Shown here piece after piece: positions 41,260-53,661 of a stretch of 64,000 bases of DNA. Made by a program: the position numbers and the translations under genes. The notes under the pieces were generated by a model, which was not told the origin of the DNA, did no database searches, and was given only the letters and a program-made list of their open reading frames with translations. Where the stretch lies: positions 48,050,001 to 48,114,000 of the forward strand of contig OZ024747.1 in assembly GCA_964016885.1 (NCBI GenBank), given 5' to 3'. How positions within the stretch are numbered: the stretch's first letter is position 1; the number at the start of each line of letters is the position of its first letter. This stretch comes from Eledone cirrhosa (taxonomy: Eukaryota).

Positions 41260-43217
41260 CATCATCATCATCATCATCATCACCGTTTTACGTCCGTTCT
41301 TCCACGCTAGCATGGGTTAGACGGGTTGTCCTGTTGTGGGCAGTGTCTGGTCGGCTGACCATGCCTTGCTCATACAGGAACTGATCTGGCTTGATTTCTA
41401 CAGCTGGATGCCCTTCCTAACACCAACCTCATTTACAGTGAGTGCTGGGTGCTTTTTCGTGGCGCCTACACGTCCACTTTACAGTGTGGGCTGGGTGCTT
41501 TTTTGCCGTGGCACCTCCACGACCACCTTGCGGTGGGGGGGGGGGGGGGCATATTGTTTATATGCTTCAGCATGTACCCATGGGAGGTCGGGTACCCTGT
41601 ATTACTGCGTGACGCCAGAAGTCACGGTCGTGTGTCATTGACTTTGAGAGGTGTAGTTGGGTAAGGTCGGCTTTTATCACCTCATCCCAAGTCATCTTGG
41701 GTCTCCCCACTCCGCGGTTTCCATCAACTTCTAGTGCTCTGCACCTTTTTATGCAGCTGTCATCCTTCATACGCATCACATGTCCATACCAGCGTAACCG
41801 CCTCTCCTGCACGCAGCATTTGATTCCTCTTATGCTCAGTCTCTCTCTCAATTCATTTATGCTTTGTCGTTCACGTATATTACTGTTACACATCCATCGG
41901 AGCATGCAGGCTTCGTTTCTCTCTAATCTACGTAAGTCTTCCACCTTCAGCGCCCAGGTCTCACTACCATGCAACATCGCTGTTCGGATACACGCATCAT
42001 ACAGTCTGCCTTTCATTCTGAGGGAGAAGCCTTTTGCAGCTAGCAGTGGTAGTAGTTCCCTAAACTTCTTCCATCCCGTTCTTACCCTAGTTATTGTACT
42101 TTCTGAGCACCCACCTCCGTTGCTAATTCGGTCACCTAGGTAGCAGAAGCTGTCTACTGTTTCTACAGGGCCCTCCCAGAGATTGGTGGTACTTGTTTCC
42201 TGTGGCTGTTTGCTTGCTGTTTCAGCACAGCTGCTGCATGTGAATCCTACATTCTTAATTAAGCTTCCTGAGATCCCGCTACATCTCTTGTGTACCCATT
42301 GTTTGCATTTGGGGCAAAGAATGGAGTTCCTACCTACACCTTTCCTACATACTGAGCAAGGCCATTTCCCTGAGGGGATCTGGGTTCTGTTTTCTCGTCT
42401 ACTTATAAGGACCTTAGTCTTTGTCATGTTGACTTTGAGGCCCTTTCTCTCTAGTCCCTGCTTCCAGGTTTGGAATTTATTCTCTAGTTCTACCATAGAT
42501 TCAGCTATGAGTGCGAGGTCATCAGCATACAGGAGTTCCCATGGGCATCCGGTCTTAAACTCCTCCGTTATTGCCTGCAGGACTATGATGAACAGGAGAG
42601 GGCTAAGAACAGAGCCCTGGTGGACCCCAACCTGTACGCTAAATTCCTCGCTATACTCATTGCCAATCCTAACTTTGCTGACTGCTCCCCTATACATGGC
42701 TTGTACCGCTTTCACAAGCCATTCATCTACTCCTAGTTTTCTAAGAGCCCACCAGATTACTGCACGTGGAACTCTGTCAAAGGCTTTCTCAAGGTCGACA
42801 AATGCCAAGTAGAGTGGCTTACTTTTAGCTAGGTACTTTTCCTGTAATTGCCTCACAAGGAAGAGCGCATCAGTGGTGCCTTTCCCTGGAACAAACCCAA
42901 ATTGCATCTCGTCTATATTCACCCGGTCCCTAATCAGCTGTGCTATAACTCTTTCTGTTACTTTCATGACCTGGTCCATCAACTTTATACCTCTATAGTT
43001 TCCTCTATCTAGTGCATCGCCTTTACCTTTGTAGCAGTTGACAATGATGCTACTGCACCAATCTTTTGGTATGGCCCCCTCTAGTATTACCTGGTTAACG
43101 ATACGTGTGGTTATAGTGTGACCTACAGACCCAGATGCCTTCAGCATCTCGGCAGCTATACCCGATGGACCGGTTGCCTTCCCTATCTTCATATCTCTGA
43201 TTGCCTTACTTACTTAC
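41260..43217 (-). mobile_element. 5'-truncated young RTE family C LINE nested in the family A copy
   Basis: Intact ORF 41567..43192 (541 aa, full RT plus PHD), structured 3' UTR, (GAT)n tail, AGT duplicated at 41257-41259 and 43218-43220. Confidence 0.95.
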
Positions 43218-44769
43218 AGTATAGTGGCTTATTCTTCTCTAAGAACCTCTCTTGCATTTGTCTCACCAAGAAGAGGGCATCTGTTGTACTCTTCCCAGGC
43301 ACAAAACCAAACTGCATCTCATCTAGTTTGACCCTTTCTCTAATTAGTTGTGCTAGAATCCTTTCTGCCACTTTCATAACCTGATCTATCAGTTTTATAC
43401 CCCTATAATTGCTCCTCTCCAAAGCATCCCCTTTACCTTTGTAGCAATTTATGAGAATACTGCTGCACCAGTCTTTGGGTATGACACCACCATATATAGC
43501 CTGATTGATTATGCGTGCAACCAGTTTAGTGCCTACGTCCCCTGATGCCTTCAGCATCTCAGCAACTATTCCCGATGGTCCGGCCGCCTTACCATTTTTC
43601 ATTTCCCTAATCGCCTCTTGGACCCTATATTCGTCAATCTCAATAGCTGGTCCCTCTGTCGTATCTACCAAGGGTAATTTCTCTCTCTCCCATTCGTTCT
43701 CCACATTCATCAGTCTCTCATAATGACATTTCCAGGCCTCCTTTTTCTGGTCATTCGTGACACTAAGTACACCGGCATCATCCCGGACACATTTATCACC
43801 AACAACATCCTGATTTGCATTGACACACTGCCTTGCAATGTGGAACACCGCACGCCTCTGATCTTCCCGTCGCAGAACATTGGCAAACCTCCTACTCTCT
43901 GCCTCCCTGCGTGCTAAGTACACCTGACGTCTAGCTTCTCTCTTAGTGGCTGTATATTCTTCCCTACTCCCACCCTTATTCCAAGCCTTCCATGCTAGTC
44001 TTTTGTCTCTAATAGCCTTATCTACACTGCTGTTCCACCACCAGGTCACTCTCTGTCTGGTTGGAGCTCTGCTCCAGCCACAGGTTTCATCAGTAGCCTT
44101 CAGCAAGTTGTCACGTAAGAACTTCCAGTTATTATCTATGTCATACGTCTCTAAATCGTCTTCTTTTTCGTCATATACATCTTGAAGGGCTTTCCTAAAT
44201 TTGAATTTTAGTGAAAGGTCTTTTAGCTTCCAGACCTTTCTTCTCCACACCTTCCTATATGTCTCATTCCATCTCTTGCTTACTGAGATATCACTAACAA
44301 CTAACCTATGCTGTGGGGTACATTCTTCCCCAGGGTATGCCTTGGTATTAGACACTATCTGCCTGTCCCGCTGCCTAACTAGCAGGAAGTCAATCTGGCT
44401 TATGTGCTCACCAGATTTGTAGGTTATTAGGTGATTGGCAGGTTTCTGGAAGTTTGTGTTGCAAATAGTCAATGTACTTGCATCACAAAATTCAAGAAGT
44501 CTCACTCCTTCTTCATTTCTTGAACCGTAACCGTGCCCACCATGTACCCCAGTGTAACCATCCTGGAGCCGTCCAACATGACCATTGAAGTCTCCTGCTA
44601 GCATAACGATGTCTCCGTCCTCTGTCATTGTGGTTGTTTGCAAAAGTTGCTCATAAAAGCAGTCTTTCTCATCTTTGCCTAGGCCTGCTTGGGGAGCATA
44701 GACCGAGATGATTGTCAGTAGTCTCCTACCTACAACTAATCTAAGCTTAATTATTCGATTACCAACTCG

Positions 44770-44770
<1 letters not shown>
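43218..44770 (-). mobile_element. Young RTE family A LINE, 5' part (APE, linker, RT N-terminus)
   Basis: Open frame [26 protein letters not shown], which continues as LAFVDLEK after the family C insertion. Confidence 0.95.
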
Positions 44771-46451
<1,681 letters not shown>

Positions 46452-46563
46452 TGATGATGGCTGCCCCCTCGTTATCGAGTATGGCCATTGCACGAGAAGA
46501 AAAAAATAAATAAATAAATAAATAAAATAAAATAAAATAATAATAATAATAAATAAAAATAAT

Positions 46564-46613
<50 letters not shown>

Positions 46614-46708
46614 TATAATGCTCGGTTTGTTTGTAAACAAACATCCCGAATTAAGCCGTACAGTGTTTAGCAACCATCGTTGCCCTTTTGTTCAACATTG
46701 ACAAAGGA

Positions 46709-46751
46709 ACGATGTACTAGTTTCAAGCTTATTAGCTATCGTCAGCACTGT
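46709..46751 (-). ncRNA. Minimal type I hammerhead ribozyme (family H2)
   Basis: ACAGTG-CTGACGA-T-AGCT-AATA-AGCT-T-GAAA-CTAG-TA-CATCGT; one stem I mismatch. Confidence 0.8.
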
Positions 46752-46798
46752 AGGAAAGTATAATCTTTCAGACGTTCAATCATCTGGCAGGAAGGTAT

Positions 46799-46841
46799 AC
46801 GGTGCTGACGATAGCTAATAAGCTTGAAACTAGTACATCGT
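46799..46841 (+). ncRNA. Minimal type I hammerhead ribozyme (family H2)
   Basis: ACGGTG-CTGACGA(46805-46811)-TAGCTAATAAGCTT-GAAA(46826-46829)-CTAG-TA-CATCGT; palindromic ACTAGT stem III; GUA triplet with predicted cleavage after 46835. Confidence 0.87.
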
Positions 46842-47013
46842 TCCTTTGTCAGTGTTGAACAAAAGGGCAACGATAGTTGCTAAACACTGTACGGCTTAAT
46901 ACGGGATGTTTGTTTACAAACAAACCGAGCATTATTATAAATGTTCGGTGAATCCATATATATATACATACTACTGTACATTTGTATGCATATATGTATG
47001 TATGTACGTATAC

Positions 47014-47289
47014 ATTCTCAGACCGGGTGATGTGTTGTTTGCTTGAGCAAGACTCTTTATTTCACATTGCTCCAGTTTACTCAGCTGTAGAAGACGGGGG
47101 TCCCTATCATTCCACTGCAAAGTGGTCGTGGAGGAGCCACGGCAAAAAAAAAAAATCACCCAGCACTCAGTGTAAATGAGGTTGGTATTAGGAAGGGCAT
47201 CCAGCTGTAGAAATCAAGCCAGAATCAGTTCCCGTCCCACCCTTGCAAGCAGGGAAAAAGGGGACGTAAAATGAAATGAAAGAATGAAT
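47014..47289 (+). mobile_element. SINE family 1 (A tail), 5'-truncated at the B box
   Basis: Aligns with 8885-9148 and 1-196. Confidence 0.85.
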
Positions 47290-47295
47290 ATATAC

Positions 47296-47336
<41 letters not shown>

Positions 47337-47337
<1 letters not shown>

Positions 47338-47918
47338 CTGCAATGTAAGGACCAAAAACGTGAGGTGTTCAGGATTGCTAGACAATGTGTCAAGGAAAAC
47401 CGTGATACTGTCGGGGAGAAGTGTGTCCCTAATGATAATGGTGTACTTGCGCTCACTGATACTGATAAGAAGATAGCCTGGAAGTGTCACTACGAGAGAC
47501 TATTAAATGAGGAGAATAAATGGGAAAAAGATAGTCTGCCCCAAATCAATCCAATAGAAGGACCAGCGGTGCAAGTTAAAGGTAGTATAATAAGGCAATC
47601 AAAGATATGAAGACAGGCAAGGCAGCTGGGTCTTCGGAGATAGTTGCTGAGATGTTGAAGGCATCTGGTATGGTGGGACACACTATGGTCACCCGTATAG
47701 TTAGCCAAGTAATACAGAATGGGGTCATACCGAAAGACTGGCGTAGCAGCATCATCATTAACTGCTACAAGGGTAAAGGGGATGCTCTAGATAGGGGAAA
47801 CTATAAAGGCATTAAGTTAGTTGACCAGGTCATGAAGGTCACAGAAAGAGTTATAGCGCAACTAATCAGAGAGCGAATTGATCTAGATGATATGCAGTTT
47901 GGGTTTGTGTCAGGTAAA
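47337..47918 (+). mobile_element. Internal fragment of an RTE family B-like LINE, no tail
   Basis: DQKREVFRIARQCVKE...MQFGFVSGK; both ends abut TA tracts. Confidence 0.88.
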
Positions 47919-48176
47919 CATATATATACAAACATATATATATATACATATATATACAAACATATATATATATACATATATATATATATACATATATATA
48001 CAAACATATATATATATACATATATATATATACATATATATACAAACATATATATATATACATATATATATATACATATATATACAAACATATATATATA
48101 TATACATATATATATATACATATATATACAAACATATATATATATACATATATATATATACATATATATACAAACA

Positions 48177-48208
<32 letters not shown>

Positions 48209-48688
48209 CATATATATACAAACATATATATATATATATATACATATATATACAAACATATATATACATATATATATATACATATATATACAAACATATA
48301 TATACATATATATACAAACATATATATATATACATATATATACAAACATATATATATACATATATATACAAACATACATATATATACAAACATATATATA
48401 TACATATATATATACAAACATATATATATATACAAACATATATATATATACATATATATACAAACATATATATATACATATATATACAAACATACATATA
48501 TATACAAACATATATATATACATATATATATACAAACATATATATATATATACAAACATATATATATATACATATATATACAAACATATATATATACAAA
48601 CATATATATATATATACATATATATATACAAACATATATATATACAAACATATATATATACAAACATATATATACATATATATATACA
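47918..48688. repeat. (TA)n tract with TACAAACA variant
   Basis: Seen directly; the same variant continues at 51968-52634. Confidence 0.97.
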
Positions 48689-51600
48689 TGGGTATGACAT
48701 TAAACTACATCCAGTGGCAAGGCTCCAGTTCGGGAGTTCAGGAGATGTGGGGAATGTGGAGTTACCCCTTAGTTGTCATGACTCCCAGGTCTGCCCTGGC
48801 CCGGGGTGGTAGTACCTGTTAGGGCTCCATTTATGGGTTAAATAACTACCTTATTCGAGTGGCGCCGGTAAGGTATTGTCAGCCATTGAAAAGAAATATG
48901 GAGAGTCGATCTAACAGCACTAGGGTTAGAGCCCCTAATTACACTGTCAAGGAGCAGCCTGGTCGTTATGACTCTGCTGGCTTAGAGCCACAGAGAGGGC
49001 CAGTGGATGATGGATCAGCTGTCTCTGAGACAAATATAAAGAATGCAGTTTTGTCCTGCAGAAGAGCCATCAAAATGGGCACTTTGAATGTGAGGACTAT
49101 TCGGACGCTGGAGAAGAGAGAGGAGTTGGGACATCAGTTCGAGGAGAGTGGTATACAGATACTTGCGATCCAAGAACACAGGATTCTACACGATGAGCTC
49201 GTGAGGAGTGTGATGATCGGCAGTGAAGAACACAACAAATGCTGCAGGAGGAGGAGTGGGTTTTGTGTTCAGTGCAAACACCAATCTGTTGGTGAGGGAA
49301 ATAATGCCTATCTCCCCGCGAGTGTTGAGGGTGACTTTCAATGGAAACCCAAGACTGACAGTCATCTCAGCCTATAGTCCAACCGAGGGGGACAGTGATA
49401 TGAATGCGGAAGAGTTCCATGAGGAGGTGTGTAGAGCTGTCAACACCACTCAGGCACACAATATCCTGCTTGTTTTGGGGGACTTCAATGCACATCTGAG
49501 TAAGGAGGGCAGTGAAGATTCTTGCTGGTACTTCCATAACAACACCAACCGAAATGGAAGAGTACTGAGAGACACCCTGCTGGAGGCGAACTTGATGGCG
49601 ACCAACCTAGGGTTTAGGAAGAATCTGGGGAAGATGTGGACCTACATCTCAGATATGCACCTGTCCAAGTCCCAGATTGATTTCATTCTGGTGAGGAAAA
49701 AGTGGCGGAACAGTGTTCTGAACACGGAACCATACAGCTATTTCAGTACACTGGGTAGTGACCACCGGCTTGTTATGAGTGAGGTCCGCGTGAGCTTAAG
49801 AAAGAGCAAGGCTCAGCCCCGGAGAACAATCTATGACTGGGGAGCTTTCAAGGAAGATGATAGGCTACAGGAGAGGTTCACAGTGGAAGTGAGAAACAGG
49901 TTTAGTGCTCTGTGTGGAGAGTCAGAGGAGAGAGAGATTGGATGGACTGAGGAGAGTGTGACGAGGAGGTACGGGCACTTCACCAATGCAGTGGCGGAAG
50001 CAAGTGAAACCCTGGTGCCGAGGAAAAAGAACAAAGGGAAGCACGTCAGCTCTGCAAACCCAAAAGTGTGTGCAGCCAGAGAACACCTGAAAGCTGCCAG
50101 GGATCAATTCTATGCTGATCCTACGGAGGAGAGAATGGAGACTGTGGAGGTGATGAGGGAAGAGCTCTGTACCGCTTACACTGAGGTCAGAGAGGAGGCA
50201 CTGATAGAGAAGATCAGAAGTGTGGAGAGAGCGGTTGACAGATCTGGATGTAAGGAGAGCTGGATGATCATCAACGAGATCACAGGGAGGAAGAGAAGGT
50301 GTTCGAGTCAGATCCAGGGAACGGGGCCCGAGGATAGGAAGAGGAAATGGCTAGACCATTTTAGGACCCTACTAGGAGAGCCACCCTCCACAGCCCAGAG
50401 CACTGGGGAGATCAGGCGGCTGTTTGGGGAACTGGATGTTGAGACAGAGCCCTTCACCAGAGAGGAGCTTCAGAGAGCCAAGAAGAAGATCAAGGAGGGC
50501 AAGGCTCATGGAGAAGATGGAGTGGCATCAGAGGTGATGAAGATGTGTGATTTTGATGATATCATCCTGGGGTTCTGTAACGGGGCACTGGAGAAAGGAG
50601 TTGCCCCGAATCAGTGGAGGATCAGTAACATCGTCCCAGTGCCAAAGAAGGGAGATCTCTCTAACACCAACAACTACCGGGGATCTCACTGACGTCACTT
50701 GTGGCAAAGACCCTCAACAGGATGATTCTTAACAGGATCCAGCCTGAGATGGAGAAGAAGCTCAGGGACAACCAGAACGGCTTCAGAGAGGGTAGATCAA
50801 CCACCAGTCACATCCTGATGCTGAGGAGGATATTAGAGGGAGCTAGAGCAAAGTGCCTTCCTGCGGTCATGGTTTTCATTGACTTTAGGAAGGCCTTTGA
50901 TTCTGTGGACCGTTACTGCCTGATGAAGATCTTACAGGCTTATGGAATCCCCAAGAAGATAGTGGACCTGATATCCCTGCTCTACACCAACACCAAAGCC
51001 CAAGTCATTACACCTGATGGGATGACAGAGTTCTTTGAGATACTGGCTGGCGTGCTCCAGGGAGATACATTGGCTCCCTACCTTTTTATCATCGTAGTGG
51101 ACTATTGTATGCGCCTTGCACTGGATAAACACCAGGACTCTGGCTTTACTGTGGCACCGGCTCAGAGCAGGAGAGTTAGGGCGAAAAAGGTATCGGATGC
51201 TGAATTTGCCGACGACATAGTTTTGGTGACAAATACAGTGAAGGAGGCAGAGGATTTGATGCGGGAGGTTGAGACTGTGTCAATGAGTGTGGGGCTGAGA
51301 ATGAATGAGACTAAAACAAAATATCTGGTAGAGAATGTTGAGAAGCCAGAGGGGATCACTAATGTAGGCGGGAAGCCGCTGGAATTGGTTGAGGACTTCC
51401 TGTATTAGGGAGCAAAGATTGGGAATACGGAAGATGGTGTGGTTGAGAGGAAGAGCAACGAGGCCTGGGCGGCGTGCCACAGCTTCAGATCGGTGTGGAA
51501 GTCGGACCTTCGTAGAGACCTGAAAATCCGCCTCTTCATTGCTGTAGTGGAGTCTGTGCTGCTGTATGGGTCTGAGACTTGGACACTGACCAAGAGACTC

Positions 51601-51968
51601 ACTCAGATGGTGGATGGGTGCTACACGAGAATGCTGAGGATGGCTCTGAACATTAATCAGTATACACTGAGGATGAAAAACTCAGAGCTGTATGGGAGCA
51701 TCCCAAAAGTCAGCTCAAAAGTGACACAGAGGAGACTGAGGTTGGCTGGACATGCTCACCGACATCCAGAGTTGACATTGCACTCAGTGCTCCTTTGGGA
51801 GCCCCTACATGGACACACTAGAAGAGGAAGACCAAGGTTAACATATGTTGATGCCCTAAGGACAGACACTGGTCTGTTGGAGATGCAGGATATGGCAGCG
51901 ATAATGAGGGACAGAGACCGCTGGAGAGAACTCGTCCATGGATCTCGGGAATTTTACCCGCCTTAGAG
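48688..51968 (+). mobile_element. Near-full-length RTE family D LINE (APE + RT, no PHD), three frame disruptions
   Basis: 5' UTR; MGTLNVRT/IQEHR, LGDFNA, QIDF, SDH (APE); QNGFR, FIDFRKAFD, GVLQGDTLAP, FADD (RT); RLRLAGH..RGRP; ORF pieces 48859..51966. Confidence 0.94.
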
Positions 51969-52163
51969 ATATATACAAACATATATATATATACATATAT
52001 ATATACAAACATATATATATATACATATATATACAAACATACATATATATATAAACATATATATATACATATATATACGAACATATATATATATACATAT
52101 ATATATATACATATATATACAAACATATATATAAACATATATATATACATATATATACGAACA

Positions 52164-52195
<32 letters not shown>

Positions 52196-53107
52196 CATAT
52201 ATATACAAACATATATATATACATATATATACAAACATATATATACACATATATATACAAACATATATATACAAACATATATATATACATATATATACAA
52301 ACATATATATATACATATAAACACATATATACAAACATACATATACATATATATTATATATATACATATATATATATACAAACATATATATACATATATA
52401 TAATATATACATATATATACAAACATATATATACATATATGTATAAACATATATATACATATATATACAAACACATATATATATACATATATATACAAAC
52501 ATATATATATATATACATATATATACAAGCATATATATATATACATATATATACAAACATATATATAATATATATATATATACAAACATATATAAAATAT
52601 ATATATATACAAACATATATAATATATATATATAGTAGAATAATCGAGTATCGAAAAATCGGCGCACGAGTTCACGATAAACAAAATTCGACATGAGTGG
52701 CAGAGGGCTCAATAATTCAGATAAATCAGAGCTATAACTATCGTTAAAATACCAACACACATAGATTATGTCTAAAATCAACCATACGACCGAAAAATTA
52801 CGATCCGGAAGATTTGGGTCACTCAGATAAAATATCAATAAATCAATAAATCATATGAATATATATATATATATATATATACAAACATATATAAAATATA
52901 TATATATACAAACATATATATAATATATATATACAAACATATATACATATACATATATATACACATACATATATACACAAACATATATATACATATATAA
53001 TATACATATATACATATATATATATATATACATACATATATACATATAAACATATATATATATACACATACATATATACATATATATACATACATATATA
53101 TCCATAC

Positions 53108-53168
<61 letters not shown>

Positions 53169-53283
53169 CATACATATATATACAAACATATATATACATA
53201 TATATACATACATATACATATATATATATATATATACATACATATATATATACATACATATATATATACATACATATATATAT
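51968..53283. repeat. TA/TACAAACA/TACA tracts enclosing an unassigned island (52636-52858)
   Basis: Seen directly. Confidence 0.95.
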
Positions 53284-53600
53284 AGAGAAACTGTGTCTGA
53301 GAGGGATAGAATGTAGTGTACGGGAGAGGAGACTGAGGTGGTATGGACATGTGATGCGCATGGAGGATGACCGATGGGTGAAGAAGTGCCAGGAAATGCC
53401 AGTTGAAGGAAGACGTGGTAGAGGTAGACTACGAAAAACATGGGCAGAGGTGGTGAGAACAGACCTCAGATCATTGAAGCTCACGGTGGAGATGACGAGG
53501 GACCGTGACGAGTGGAGAGATGCTGTGCTGAATAAGACCCACCCCACCCTTGCAAGCAGGGAAAAGCGGACGTAAAATGATGATGATGATAATGATGATG
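53284..53600 (+). mobile_element. Short 3' fragment of young RTE family A
   Basis: Near-identical reverse complement of 39975-40295. Confidence 0.93.
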
Positions 53601-53661
53601 ATATATACATATATATATATATACATACATATATATACAAACATATATATATATATACATA

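Larger units (their letters stand above)
46615..46935. repeat. Inverted repeat, 138-bp arms (4 mismatches), 45-bp spacer, one hammerhead per arm
   Basis: 46615-46752 is the reverse complement of 46798-46935. Confidence 0.95.

Noticed and set aside
41697-42812. Antisense ORFs over RT regions (also 12235..12609, 54111..55052, 60704..61519)
   Set aside because: They are shadow frames of the RTE coding strand with no recognisable motifs.
48688-48860. HDV-like ribozyme in the RTE-D 5' UTR
   Set aside because: I could not fit the nested double pseudoknot by eye; a motif search is needed.
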